Shown: positions 1 to 10,426, counted from the first letter of the stretch. The stretch: 64,000 bases of DNA from Spirochaetota bacterium (GCA_043803405.1 JAZDKB010000019.1:304338-368337); one strand, 5' to 3'. Notes: generated by a model from the sequence alone, not told the origin. A program made the numbers and translations.

Positions 1-1451
1 ATTTACTAAAAAAGATCGGTTTGGTAACCGGCGAGAAAGGAGAGAATCAGGAAAAGACAAAGCTGATTTTCGATAGAAAATTTTTTAAAACATACAGCGG
101 CATCAAAGAAATACCAAAGGAAGACGGCAGTATGGAAGTAGCTCAGGACGGCAATTCAATTAAGATTGAGGGAATTCTTTGGAGAGAATATGAACTTCCA
201 ATAGCCGCACCAATAAAAAAAGATACGGTACTTGAATTAAATATCGATTATCAGAAGGAAGTTGTTGAAGAGGATACCACTCCGTATCGCGTGGAAATCG
301 GGCCGGCTGAGGAAGTAACCATTAAAGGTATAAAGCTGAAAGGTTATAATGTTTCCAGGATCAGGCAGATTGAGAAATCGGATGATAAAAAGAAAACTCC
401 TGATGTGCTTGGTATCGGTGTTGTCGTAATGGAGAATGATAAACGAACGGAAAAAATATATGAACGCGGGCCGGACGTTAAAGGGAAGCAGATTCTTCCT
501 GTAGGCAATGATTTTGACGGTAAGACAATATCAAAAATTATTTTTTACTGCAACGAGGGAGCTGCTAAATTTTCGGCCGCAAATATTCTGACTCCTCTAA
601 AAGGAACAGGAATTCTGGAAGCAAAGAACGTGATTAAAAATGCTGCGGATGCAAAAATTGAGATCGATGGCGTTGAAATAGTCAGGGATAAAAATAATAA
701 TTTGAATGATGTTATTAAAGGCGTTGATTTAAATTTAAAGAGAAGTTCTGCTGATCCTGTAACAATAACAATTGAGCCCGATATCGATAAAGCCATTGAT
801 AAGATAAAAAAATTCGTAAAAGCTTATAATGACTATCTGGATTTAAATATAAAACTAACAAAAACAGCTAAGATTTTGAAACCGGATAATTTTGCAAAGT
901 CAAAAGATGAAATGGGTCTATTTATCGGGGATATGACGATTTTAAGGCTGGAAAATTCTTTAAAGACCGCTGTCGGCGAATCTTATCCGTCAAGACTTGA
1001 TAATCCGATCAGGATACTTGTGCAAACCGGAGTGTCTACAGGCGCAATTAATTCTGAGTGGGAATCAATTAAAGAAGGCAAACTTGTAGTTGACGAGACA
1101 AAACTGCGGACCACAATTGACGCAAATCCTGAGGGCATAACAGAATTCTTCGGATCAGATACGGACGGTGATAACAGAATAGATAACGGCATGGCCTTCA
1201 GGGTTGAGAGCCTGCTAAAACCGTACATAATGTCGGGCAGAAGCGTCATTGCCGCCAAGGTCGATCAGGAAAATGAATCGATAAAAAGCGTGGATAGCAG
1301 AATAGACAGACATAAAGAGCACTTAAAAAAATACGAGGAAAAGCTTAGAACTAAATTTGCTTCTATGGAAAAATCCGTTTCGGATTCCAAAGCACAGGGC
1401 AGTTGGATGAAGATGAACCTGGGCATTCAGGATTCTGACGGTAAAAAATAA
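1..1451 (+). CDS. fliD: Flagellar filament cap protein FliD (hook-associated protein 2). The 5' end is cut off by the window edge; the ORF track reports it from a TTG at 21, but the frame is open back to base 3.
   Basis: The central region IKGVDLNLKRSSADPVTITIEPDIDKAIDKIKKFVKAYNDYLDL and the C-terminal coiled-coil KKYEEKLRTKFASMEKSV match the conserved FliD central and C-terminal domains. There is no N-terminal FliD motif, which is consistent with truncation. Confidence 0.75.
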   Translation, partial: LLKKIGLVTGEKGENQEKTKLIFDRKFFKTYSGIKEIPKEDGSMEVAQDGNSIKIEGILWREYELPIAAPIKKDTVLELNIDYQKEVVEEDTTPYRVEIGPAEEVTIKGIKLKGYNVSRIRQIEKSDDKKKTPDVLGIGVVVMENDKRTEKIYERGPDVKGKQILPVGNDFDGKTISKIIFYCNEGAAKFSAANILTPLKGTGILEAKNVIKNAADAKIEIDGVEIVRDKNNNLNDVIKGVDLNLKRSSADPVTITIEPDIDKAIDKIKKFVKAYNDYLDLNIKLTKTAKILKPDNFAKSKDEMGLFIGDMTILRLENSLKTAVGESYPSRLDNPIRILVQTGVSTGAINSEWESIKEGKLVVDETKLRTTIDANPEGITEFFGSDTDGDNRIDNGMAFRVESLLKPYIMSGRSVIAAKVDQENESIKSVDSRIDRHKEHLKKYEEKLRTKFASMEKSVSDSKAQGSWMKMNLGIQDSDGKK

Positions 1452-1543
1452 TTGATTACTATTGTCCCGTATTACGATCTCACAGCAGGTTTTGGGACAC
1501 ACTCTTGAATAAATGACACATCGTAAAAGTTGTAGTTGTATTT

Positions 1544-2578
1544 TTGATAAATTTAAATTTGCAGCGAGGTAATATGGAAATTCTAATAAATGGATGTCCA
1601 TTGAATATTGAATTAAATGATGATTGGACCCTTCACGATGTAATTTCTTTCGTCGCAGACTGGTCTTATCAAAGAGACCTGATATTTACGGAAGCTGCGG
1701 TTAACAATAAGAGTTATGCGATTGATACTTTACCTAATTTCTCGATCCCGGAAGTTAAAACATTAAATTGTTTTCTTCAGTCGAAATCCGATGTTGTAAT
1801 CGATTCTCTTCATATCGGTGTTGATTATTGCACCAGGATACAAAAATTCTTTAAAGAATCAATTGCCGCCGGAAAGGTAAATGTTGATGAAATAAAACAT
1901 ATTGTCGGTGGTATTAACTGGATTATTGAAGTAATTACTAAAATATCGGAAATGCTGGGAGTTGATATATATGAGATCAAGTATAAAGATAATTCGATAG
2001 CATTTTATTTTGAAAAGCTTAACGGATTCAAGAAGGATATAACAGATAATAATAATTCTGACTGGTTAGTTGATTATTTTAAAAAAAACGATGAAATATT
2101 TTCCGCTATTAGCGGTGTTTTAAAAATGCTATTAATGAGCGAAAACATGAAAACGCTTGTTATCCAAAGCATAGATTCCCCCGATGTTTTATTAAAATCA
2201 ATTAAGAACATTAAAGGTGAAGTCCCTGCCCAAATAAAAAATCTTGAGGAGATTGCTATCTCATATCAGACAAAGAGGGATGATGAAGCTTCCAAAAAGC
2301 TTGAAAATTTTATAGATTTTATTTTTGATTACGGCAGGACATGTTATCAGATTGCTCCTGTTTTTAATATCGATCTGGAATCTATTATTGTGAATGATGT
2401 TCCGTTAAGCAAAAGGAATATTGAGCTTCAGGGATTTTTGTTTAATGTAATAAATGCAATGGAAAATAACGATATCATCAGTCTGTCGGATGTCCTGGAA
2501 TATGAAATTAAATCCTTACTTGAAAATCTGGGCGGCTATATTGATATTTTAATTGATAATATCGAGAAAAAAAGTTAA
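1544..2578 (+). CDS. Hypothetical protein downstream of fliD. The start may be the ATG at 1574 (MEILING...). The N-terminus has a weak ThiS/MoaD-like beta-grasp look.
   Basis: A long ORF with an RBS-like gcgaggtaat before 1574. No recognisable catalytic motifs. Confidence 0.45.
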   Translation: MINLNLQRGNMEILINGCPLNIELNDDWTLHDVISFVADWSYQRDLIFTEAAVNNKSYAIDTLPNFSIPEVKTLNCFLQSKSDVVIDSLHIGVDYCTRIQKFFKESIAAGKVNVDEIKHIVGGINWIIEVITKISEMLGVDIYEIKYKDNSIAFYFEKLNGFKKDITDNNNSDWLVDYFKKNDEIFSAISGVLKMLLMSENMKTLVIQSIDSPDVLLKSIKNIKGEVPAQIKNLEEIAISYQTKRDDEASKKLENFIDFIFDYGRTCYQIAPVFNIDLESIIVNDVPLSKRNIELQGFLFNVINAMENNDIISLSDVLEYEIKSLLENLGGYIDILIDNIEKKS

Positions 2579-2719
2579 TTGATTTAACCGCTTTTATTGC
2601 AACACCCTGGCTTTCTTCTGAAAAAAAGAAATTATAAATATATTATTAATATTTTAAGATATGATTTATGCAAAAAAGAACCTGTCTTGATTATGTGATT
2701 AGATCCGTGAAAATAATAT

Positions 2720-4117
2720 ATGAATCAAAATAAAAAATTATGGGGCGGCAGATTCAGCGAGCCAACATCAAATATAACAGAGAATATTTCTTCTTCTATA
2801 CATTTTGATGTAAGATTATATAAACAGGATATTGCCGGTTCCATTGCTCACGCAAAAATGCTGAACAGGATTGGCGTATTATCTGAGAGCGAACTTCTTG
2901 GCATTATTAGCGGACTCAAACAAATATTAAATGAGATCGAATCGGGTTCATTTGAATTTAAAGCATCTCTTGAAGATATTCACATGAATATCGAATCAAA
3001 GTTGACGGAACGGATAGGGGAAGCCGGTAAAAAGCTTCATACCGCAAGGTCGCGAAATGATCAGATAGCACTTGATCTGCGTTTGTATATACTGGACGAA
3101 TCTCTTGAAATAGAAAATAAGCTGAAAAGTCTTATAGAGCTTTTAACCGATATTGCTGAAAAGAATATCGGGGTTATTCTCCCCGGCTATACGCATCTCC
3201 AGGTTGCCCAGCCTGTGAGGTTAAGCCATCACATCCTCGTTTATGCATGGCAATTGCTGCGGGACATGAGAAGGCTTAAGTATGCTGCCGAAGCCTGCGA
3301 TGCTATGCCGCTAGGCACAGGCGCGCTTGCCGGAGTGAACTATAAAAACGACCGGGAATTTTTAAAAAGCGAGCTTGGTTTTTCGGAAATTACCCAAAAC
3401 TCCATGGATACGGTCAGCGACAGGGACTTTGTTCTTGACTTTTTATATTTTGCTGCTGTTTTAGGTACGCATTTTTCGCGGCTTTGCGAGGAGCTTGTTC
3501 TATGGTCGACTTCCGAGTTTGCTTTTATACGGCTTTCGGATAAAGTTACCACAGGCTCATCAATTATGCCTCAGAAAAGAAATCCGGATGTTGCTGAGCT
3601 TGTCAGAGGCAAAAGCGGCAGGCTATACGGCAATTTGATGAGTCTGCTTACAACGCTAAAGGGATTGCCTTTGACATATAACAGGGATTTGCAGGAAGAT
3701 AAAGAGCCGTTATTCGATTCCGTTGATACAATTAAGCTCTGTATAGAGGGCGTTTACGAAATGCTGTCTTCAGTAAAGATAAACGATGAGCGTATGAAGG
3801 ATGCGCTTTACAGCAATTTCTCCACTGCAACGGACGCTGCCGATTATCTTGTGAAGAAGGGTGTGCCCTTTAGGGAATCGCATGAAATTGTCGGCAATAT
3901 TGTGAATTATTGTGAAAAGAACAAGACCGGATTTTTTAATATTCCCGCTGAAATTTTAAAGAATTTTTCGCCGCAATTTAGCGAAGATATTAAAGAAATT
4001 CTGAATCCGGTGACTTCTACTGAGAGAAAAGAGTCGGCAGGCGGAACATCGACAAAAGAAATACAGAAGCAAATCGGACTAATAAAAAAACTTCTCCGGG
4101 AGAATTTATTTGGATGA
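2720..4117 (+). CDS. argH: Argininosuccinate lyase
   Basis: LWGGRF N-terminus, SRNDQ, and the fumarate-lyase signature GSSIMPQKRNPD. Length 465 aa. Confidence 0.95.
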   Translation: MNQNKKLWGGRFSEPTSNITENISSSIHFDVRLYKQDIAGSIAHAKMLNRIGVLSESELLGIISGLKQILNEIESGSFEFKASLEDIHMNIESKLTERIGEAGKKLHTARSRNDQIALDLRLYILDESLEIENKLKSLIELLTDIAEKNIGVILPGYTHLQVAQPVRLSHHILVYAWQLLRDMRRLKYAAEACDAMPLGTGALAGVNYKNDREFLKSELGFSEITQNSMDTVSDRDFVLDFLYFAAVLGTHFSRLCEELVLWSTSEFAFIRLSDKVTTGSSIMPQKRNPDVAELVRGKSGRLYGNLMSLLTTLKGLPLTYNRDLQEDKEPLFDSVDTIKLCIEGVYEMLSSVKINDERMKDALYSNFSTATDAADYLVKKGVPFRESHEIVGNIVNYCEKNKTGFFNIPAEILKNFSPQFSEDIKEILNPVTSTERKESAGGTSTKEIQKQIGLIKKLLRENLFG

Positions 4118-4805
4118 GTTATTAAAAGAATTTAGTATTTTTTCGCCATTGATAGTTCTGGTAAGGCTTCTTTTCGCAACCTTTGCAGGATTTTTAATTG
4201 GCCTTGACAGGGAAAGGCACAGTCAGCCTGCTGGGTTGCGTACTCATATGGTTATTTCTCTGGGCGCCTGCCTGCTGATGATAATTTCTATTTACATCCC
4301 TATCGAATATAATCAGAAAGGATTCAATTCGGATCCAACAAGGCTTGCTGCGCAGGTCATCAGCGGAATCGGATTTCTGGGAGCAGGAGCGATTTTTAAG
4401 TTCGGGTTTAATGTAAAGGGGCTAACAACAGCAGCTTCTATATGGACTACTTCGGGTATAGGGCTTTGCTTCGGAGCAGGGTATTATTTACTTGGAGGCA
4501 TATCCACAGCTTTTCTTATTATTATTTTATATGTATTCGATAAACTTGAAGATTTAATCATTGAACGCCGTAACTGGCGTGTAATTACAGTGGATTTTAA
4601 TTCAAAAATATTATCTGGCTCGGATATTTTTTCCGTTATAAGAGATTTCGGGATCAGTGTTAAACAGCCTTCAATAATAGAAAATCTGGAAACCAAATCT
4701 ACCGAAGTAATAATTAACTGCAGGATAGAGGAAGATTTCCAGATCAAGGCATTATTTGACAGAATAAAATCCTTAGGAAATATTAAAACAGTTAAAATTG
4801 ATTAA
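4110..4805 (+). CDS. mgtC: MgtC/SapB family membrane protein with a C-terminal ACT-like soluble domain (TTG start)
   Basis: FAGFLIGLDRERHSQPAGLRTHMVISLGACLLM is the hallmark MgtC N-terminal membrane domain. Confidence 0.8.
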   Translation: MDELLKEFSIFSPLIVLVRLLFATFAGFLIGLDRERHSQPAGLRTHMVISLGACLLMIISIYIPIEYNQKGFNSDPTRLAAQVISGIGFLGAGAIFKFGFNVKGLTTAASIWTTSGIGLCFGAGYYLLGGISTAFLIIILYVFDKLEDLIIERRNWRVITVDFNSKILSGSDIFSVIRDFGISVKQPSIIENLETKSTEVIINCRIEEDFQIKALFDRIKSLGNIKTVKID

Positions 4806-4832
4806 AAATAAATTCCTGCTTGTTGAATCCGG

Positions 4833-6467
4833 TTATTCCTTTATCTTATAAATTTTTATTTTCTGTATCTCATCCGTAAAATAATAATTATCTTTAATAT
4901 ATTTTTCAATTTTCGGAGTTGGTTTATAATGAAACGTTGAAAGACCGTTTCCAGAAGTGTCTGCAAAAAGCACAGGCTTTTTTAAGCGCATATTATTAAT
5001 AAAATCATTTTCCATTGCTTCTGCATTTTTTATTGAATCATTGTCTGCTTTATCGTAAAGACTGCTGATAACAAATATAGTCGTCTTTGGCCACAAATGG
5101 TTGATTCCCATTCTCCTCCCGGAAAAGTAATATAAATATGGTCCGTCGCCCCATACGAAAATTCTGTCTCCGGGCTTTGTAATAGTGCGGATGTATGCGC
5201 AGGCGTCTTTGTAGGATGCTTCCGGAAGAAGATAATCGTTGAATGTGCCGATGAGCGCAGCACGCATCCAGTACATCGTTCTCCCTTCGTTGTAAAATGC
5301 CTGCTGAAAATAATGTTTAATGAGAATATCTTTTGTGTTCCATGCGATAAAAAAAACTGTCGGAATTAAAATTAGTATTGTGATTTTATCTTTAATTTTT
5401 TTTATTGCAGGAAAATTCACTTCATTAAGCGAATAAGCGCCTGTAATGCACAGGGCAGGGTAGACTGATATAAAGTAATGAAAATATAATCTTGATCCGC
5501 CTGCGAATATCAGTAAATAGGTAATTATAAATAATACTGCGGAAGCAGAAACAAGGAGGGATTCATTTCTAAATTTATTTTTAATGAACAGAAATAGAAA
5601 TACGAATGCCGATATCCACACCGCGAAGTGCCATAATGAAAGCATGAGCTGCCTGTGGATATATTTTGCAGAAAAGACAAGCGGACTAAAGCCCTGTACC
5701 GAGCTGTATGTTAACTTGCCTGCGGCATCTGTTAAAAGTCTTTGCGCAAAGATGTGCGTTACGAAATAATCCAGAACTGAAAGTGAGATAAGTGCTGCAA
5801 TGACCGATAACAATGCAGAGAAATATTTTAGCGTAAATTTCTTTTTATAATACGGCACGTAAATTATAAGCATAAATGCCATGAAAATAAAAAATATAAG
5901 GCCGTGGAATTTTACATAAGCAGCGCAAACGCCCATTACCGTACTTAGACAAAGAAATATAAATCGTTTCCCTGTTTTATATTGTTCATCAAGAAACAGA
6001 ATAAAGAAATAGAATCCTGCTGAAACCGGAAGATTGTAAACGATTTCGCCGTTTGTAGCCATGAAATGCCGGTTGAATGAAGAGATTAAGACAGCATAAA
6101 GCAGGGAAGCCAGCGCTCCTGTTTTAAAGCCGTTTATTTTATCGCCTGTTGAATAAATAAAAATTGCTGTTAAGAAGATAATGAAAACAGTAAACACGTG
6201 CACAAGCACCCAGCCGTTTTGCGGCATTAAAAAATAAGCTGCTTTAAAGATCGCGTGGTAAAGCGGGAGTTTGCTCTCGGTAAAATCTTTTCCAGGGACA
6301 TCGCCTGCCATGTATTCGTGGGTCTGTACAATAGCTGCCAGCTCGTCTACGTCATAGAAGTCGTTAAATAGTGTGGGCAGACGGCATAACAAGGTTGCTG
6401 CAAAAAGAATCAGCAGAAATAGATATTTTTTCTGCTCGAGCTTATTGATGAATGTTAACAGATGCAT
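4833..6467 (-). CDS. GT-C fold membrane glycosyltransferase (ArnT/PMT-like, family 39/83-type)
   Basis: More than 10 predicted TM helices. A DVDE acidic motif lies in the first loop (FNDFYDVDELAAIV). The C-terminus is a soluble domain of about 150 aa. Confidence 0.5.
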   Translation of the reverse strand: MHLLTFINKLEQKKYLFLLILFAATLLCRLPTLFNDFYDVDELAAIVQTHEYMAGDVPGKDFTESKLPLYHAIFKAAYFLMPQNGWVLVHVFTVFIIFLTAIFIYSTGDKINGFKTGALASLLYAVLISSFNRHFMATNGEIVYNLPVSAGFYFFILFLDEQYKTGKRFIFLCLSTVMGVCAAYVKFHGLIFFIFMAFMLIIYVPYYKKKFTLKYFSALLSVIAALISLSVLDYFVTHIFAQRLLTDAAGKLTYSSVQGFSPLVFSAKYIHRQLMLSLWHFAVWISAFVFLFLFIKNKFRNESLLVSASAVLFIITYLLIFAGGSRLYFHYFISVYPALCITGAYSLNEVNFPAIKKIKDKITILILIPTVFFIAWNTKDILIKHYFQQAFYNEGRTMYWMRAALIGTFNDYLLPEASYKDACAYIRTITKPGDRIFVWGDGPYLYYFSGRRMGINHLWPKTTIFVISSLYDKADNDSIKNAEAMENDFINNMRLKKPVLFADTSGNGLSTFHYKPTPKIEKYIKDNYYFTDEIQKIKIYKIKE

Positions 6468-6588
6468 ATTTATTTGTGCCTTTTTGCTGATCTTTGCATT
6501 GTTTGTGGCCTTTATGTTAATTTGAAATAAAGAATAAAAAGTATATTTGTTTGCCGGAGCTGAATTATAAGCCTGTTACACTGTGCTT

Positions 6589-7278
6589 CTATATTGCTTT
6601 TCCCGCGATAAATTCCGCCAGCTCAAGATCGAATGCATTTGTAATTTTAATATTGCGTGAATCGCCTTCAACGATCTTAACTTTAAATCCGGCGTTCAGG
6701 ACAAGCTGCACATCATCGGTCGGATTGTGAAGGCCGTTAGAAATCGCGAGTTCATGAGCTTTTTTAATAATGTTGTAACGAAAGGCCTGCGGTGTCTGCG
6801 TATAGTATAGTTTATCGCGGTCTGGAATATACCGAACAAAGCCTTCGTTTATCTTAGCAATTGTATCGGTTGCTTTCAGATAAACACCAGAAGCGCCGTG
6901 TGCATCGGCTTCTTTAATGCATAGTTCTATTGTTTGTGTTTCGATAAAAGGCCTTGCTGCATCATGAAAGACAAGGATGTCGTCATTATGAAAGTCCATG
7001 CATGTAATTGCGTTGTACGAAGAGCCCTGTCTTGTTTCTCCGCCCTTGATTATTTTTATGATATTTTGAACCGCAAATTCTTTAATTAACTTGCCGGTAT
7101 AATCGATAAAATCTTCCGGCACTGTAATTATTATACCCGTTATTTGCGGCAGAACAAATCTTTCGATAGTACGAATAATGACGGGTTTATTTTTTATTTT
7201 TATAAATTGCTTTGGAGTATCCTGCCCCATGCGTTTCCCGATGCCGCCCGCCAGGATTATTGCATAAATATTTGACAT
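6589..7278 (-). CDS. ispD: 2-C-methyl-D-erythritol 4-phosphate cytidylyltransferase
   Basis: AIILAGGIGKRMGQDTPKQFIKI N-terminal nucleotidyltransferase motif. Length 229 aa. Confidence 0.85.
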   Translation of the reverse strand: MSNIYAIILAGGIGKRMGQDTPKQFIKIKNKPVIIRTIERFVLPQITGIIITVPEDFIDYTGKLIKEFAVQNIIKIIKGGETRQGSSYNAITCMDFHNDDILVFHDAARPFIETQTIELCIKEADAHGASGVYLKATDTIAKINEGFVRYIPDRDKLYYTQTPQAFRYNIIKKAHELAISNGLHNPTDDVQLVLNAGFKVKIVEGDSRNIKITNAFDLELAEFIAGKAI

Positions 7279-7336
7279 TTACTTAACCATGAACTTTTAT
7301 ATCATAATTAAATACAGATAATATATTTGCAGTTTT

Positions 7337-8167
7337 TTATTTCCAGGTGATCCTGGGTTTTCTGCGCTGAGGCAAACGATAGTAACGTGGGACAGGGTAT
7401 CCCAGCATCATCGGGTAATGATGTATGCGGTCTTCTGCAAGCCCGAGCGATTTGAAAGCAGACGGCCAGTTCTTAAGAGCATTCTCAAGCAGGCCTGCCC
7501 AGCATGTGCCCAGTCCGAACAATGGAGCCGATAACTCCAGATAAGATAAAGCAAGCGATATATCCACCATTCCGTAGACTACATCTTTCGGCGCTGATAT
7601 TATAATCAGAGCAGGTGCATCCCTGAGAATCATGTCTTTCCCTGCTTCCCATGCTTCAACGATGAGAGGATAATATGGCGCGCTCGGCACCCCGTTATGT
7701 TTTTTTATGTCGTCGCGTATCCAGTCTACTGCAAATCCGGACAAAGCCTTCATTTCGGCCTTATCCGTGTAAACCAGCCATTCCAGGCGCTGCGCATTCC
7801 TTGCTGTCGGTGCGTATTTTGCAATCTCGATCAGCTGCTCTATTTTTTCTTTCTCCACAGCTTTGTCTTTAAAACGTCTAATGGAGCGTCTTGACCTTAG
7901 GAATTGTATTGCCTGATCTTTGTTTATAGCAAGTTTATCGTCGATTAAAGGAGACTCTTCTATAGGGACATTCGTATGGCTGATTGCATCATGGGGACAC
8001 ACTGCGACGCAATGTCCGCATGAATTGCATATTTTTTCAGCATTGGGTATCAGCTTCGGATAACCGTTCTCCTTATCCGTTTCAATCAAGTTGAATGGGC
8101 ATTCGTCAATGCAAAGCATGTCTTTTTTACATTTTGTCCGGTCAATGATCAGATAATCTTCTTTCAT
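7337..8167 (-). CDS. 2x[4Fe-4S] ferredoxin domain fused to a nitroreductase-family domain
   Basis: CIDECP and CNSCGHCVAVCP cluster motifs, followed by RRSIRRFKDK...APTARNAQ (nitroreductase NAD(P)H-flavin motif). Confidence 0.7.
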   Translation of the reverse strand: MKEDYLIIDRTKCKKDMLCIDECPFNLIETDKENGYPKLIPNAEKICNSCGHCVAVCPHDAISHTNVPIEESPLIDDKLAINKDQAIQFLRSRRSIRRFKDKAVEKEKIEQLIEIAKYAPTARNAQRLEWLVYTDKAEMKALSGFAVDWIRDDIKKHNGVPSAPYYPLIVEAWEAGKDMILRDAPALIIISAPKDVVYGMVDISLALSYLELSAPLFGLGTCWAGLLENALKNWPSAFKSLGLAEDRIHHYPMMLGYPVPRYYRLPQRRKPRITWK

Positions 8168-8345
8168 TTTGTTAATAGCATATAAAGTGAACTGGAAATA
8201 ATAAAAAATTAAACAGACTAAATACTAATTCAATATTAAAATATTATTGTGAATTATATTAAAACTAGTCAAGGAGTAATTAAACGCAATTGAAATATTT
8301 AGAACTCATCTCGAAAATATATTCCTACACAAGATAGCTGATTTT

Positions 8346-8470
8346 AAATTGAAATACATAACAAAATTTTCTGCGGAATCAGGCCTTCAAAGAAAATTTT
8401 TCAAGTTTTTAAGGGTTATTGCTTCAGGCCTGAAAGGCGTCCTCAAAAATTTGGTTATGTATTTCAATAT
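8346..8470. repeat. 125-bp element with about 23-bp AT-rich terminal inverted repeats (AAATTGAAATACATAACAAAATTTT / AAAAATTTGGTTATGTATTTCAATAT). The arms enclose two copies of a TCAGGCCT(T/G)(C/A)AAAG motif, one of which contains the 12-bp palindrome TTCAGGCCTGAA.
   Basis: Read directly from the sequence. It lies in the 480-bp intergenic region between the divergent nitroreductase gene and rmlA. Confidence 0.7.
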
Positions 8471-8646
8471 ATCATATATAAAACTTAATTTTGAGATGAA
8501 TTCTAATCCATTAAGTCTATAAATATTATTACTGCAGGTTTGCATAGCGGATAATTTCTTCTAAAAAATCGCTTTACTATTGAACATGTATAAATAATTT
8601 ATAACAATACATTATTAAACAAAATATTTTCAAGGAAAATTAAATT

Positions 8647-9519
8647 ATGAAGGGAATAATTCTGGCCGGGGGCGCAGGCACAAGGCTTTATCCGATAACA
8701 CATGTTGTCTGCAAACAGCTTCTTCCTGTGTATGATAAACCTATGATATATTATCCGCTGTCGACTCTTATGCTGGCAGGCATCAGGGATATACTTATTA
8801 TTTCAACTCCTGAAGACCTTCCGAAGATAAAAAATCTGCTGGGGAACGGGAGCAATCTTGGACTTTCTCTGCATTATAAGGTTCAGGAAGTCCCGCGCGG
8901 TCTTGCGGACGCGTTTATTGTAGGCGAGGAATTTGCCGGCAATGACAAAATTTGCCTTATACTCGGCGATAACATATTCTACGGCCACGGCCTGCCGGAG
9001 ATTATGAAGGAAGCGGGTTCGCACGAAAAAGGAGCAACTGTTTTCGGGTATTATGTGAGCGACCCTGAGAGATACGGAGTTGTGGATTTTGATGACAAGG
9101 GCAATGTGCTTTCGCTTGAAGAGAAGCCTGCGACACCGAAATCCAATTATGCTGTTGTTGGTTTATATTTTTACGACAATACTGTTGTCCGGAAAGCGAA
9201 AGCTTTAAAGCCTTCAAAAAGAGGGGAGATTGAGATAACGGATTTAAACAATGTGTATTTGAAGGAAAATCAGCTTCGCGTAAAACTTATGGGACGCGGA
9301 TTTGCCTGGCTCGATACTGGCACTCATTCATCCATGATAGATGCTGCTTTATATGTTAAGACAATCGAGGACAGGCAGGGACTTAAGATTTCGTGTATTG
9401 AAGAGATCGCGTATACTATGGGATTTATTGATGCCGACCAGCTGAGAAAAATAGCGGAACCTTTAAGAAAGTCCGGATACGGCGAATATCTTTTGAAAAT
9501 ACTGGAGATGAAAAAGTAA
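8647..9519 (+). CDS. rfbA: Glucose-1-phosphate thymidylyltransferase
   Basis: [18 protein letters not shown]...[16 protein letters not shown], a canonical RmlA N-terminus. 290 aa. Confidence 0.95.
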   Translation: MKGIILAGGAGTRLYPITHVVCKQLLPVYDKPMIYYPLSTLMLAGIRDILIISTPEDLPKIKNLLGNGSNLGLSLHYKVQEVPRGLADAFIVGEEFAGNDKICLILGDNIFYGHGLPEIMKEAGSHEKGATVFGYYVSDPERYGVVDFDDKGNVLSLEEKPATPKSNYAVVGLYFYDNTVVRKAKALKPSKRGEIEITDLNNVYLKENQLRVKLMGRGFAWLDTGTHSSMIDAALYVKTIEDRQGLKISCIEEIAYTMGFIDADQLRKIAEPLRKSGYGEYLLKILEMKK

Positions 9520-10068
9520 ATGCCGTTTAATTTTATTAAACAGAATATTAGCGGCCTTGTGCTGGTTGAGCCTAAAGTGTTTGCCGATGAGAGGGGCTTT
9601 TTTGTTGAGTCGTACAAAAGGTCCGAGTTTGCAGCCAACGGTATAGACAGCAGCTTTTTACAGGATAATCATTCGCTTTCAAAAAAGAATGTGTTACGCG
9701 GTCTGCATTATCAGCACAGCCCGCATGCGCAAGGCAAGCTTGTTAAGGTTATTAAGGGTGCTGTGTGGGATGTTGCCGTAGATATTCGCAGGAGTTCGCC
9801 GACATTCTTAAAGTGGCTGGCTTATGAGCTTTCGGAGGATAACAGGAGCATGCTTTACATTCCCCCGGGCTTTGCGCACGGCTTCCTGGCGCTCACGGAC
9901 GATGTGCATCTTACATATAAATGCACAGAGGAATACGATATGAAGCTCGACGCTGGCATCCGCTGGGATGATCCGGACATTGCAGTAAAATGGCCGGTTG
10001 CCAGACCGGTCGTTTCTGCAAAGGACGCGGTTCTGCCTTTGCTTAAGGATGCAAAGGTTTTTGACTGA
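9520..10068 (+). CDS. rfbC: dTDP-4-dehydrorhamnose 3,5-epimerase
   Basis: FADERGFFVESYKRSEF...LRGLHYQ. 182 aa, start abutting the rmlA stop. Confidence 0.9.
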   Translation: MPFNFIKQNISGLVLVEPKVFADERGFFVESYKRSEFAANGIDSSFLQDNHSLSKKNVLRGLHYQHSPHAQGKLVKVIKGAVWDVAVDIRRSSPTFLKWLAYELSEDNRSMLYIPPGFAHGFLALTDDVHLTYKCTEEYDMKLDAGIRWDDPDIAVKWPVARPVVSAKDAVLPLLKDAKVFD

Positions 10069-10205
10069 AGGCAGGGGATTTATAAAATCCTTGCGTTATA
10101 TTTAAATATGTTATATAATCCGGTCAACATGCCTGCTACACTATTTAAAGAATATGTATAATCACAACACATTATTTTAATCAATAGAGCCAAGGGGTTA
10201 TACTC

Positions 10206-10367
10206 ATGAGAGCAATAAAAAAAGTTACGTACGTTCAAAACAGCACTCTTATAATTGACGGCCTGGATTCGCTAAATTATAAAGAAGTTGAAGTTATAAT
10301 AGTGCCTTTAACTGATAAAGAACCCGTAATAAATACGGGAAACAGTTTTCCTTCTCGCAGAAAATAA
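10206..10367 (+). CDS. Small (53 aa) DUF104/AF2212-like antitoxin-like protein, orphan. It is absent from the ORF track because it is under 60 aa.
   Basis: MRAIKKVTYVQNSTLIIDGLDSLNYKEVEVIIVPL resembles the AIYENGVLKPLE...EGxEVxVII pattern of DUF104 antitoxins. An aagggg RBS sits 7 nt upstream. Confidence 0.35.
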   Translation: MRAIKKVTYVQNSTLIIDGLDSLNYKEVEVIIVPLTDKEPVINTGNSFPSRRK

Positions 10368-10426
10368 TATGTTTAAATCTTTTTCTCTATCTTCCTGAAA
10401 TTAGATTTTTTTAAAAAAAACATATA

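Noticed and set aside
7675-7894. Two 65-aa + strand ORFs
   Set aside because: They lie fully inside and antisense to the ferredoxin-nitroreductase gene, with no supporting features.
8168-8646. Possible IS element or transposon remnant, given the long IRs
   Set aside because: No transposase ORF in any frame. The element is only 125 bp and shows no target-site duplication. Kept as a MITE-like or regulatory element.
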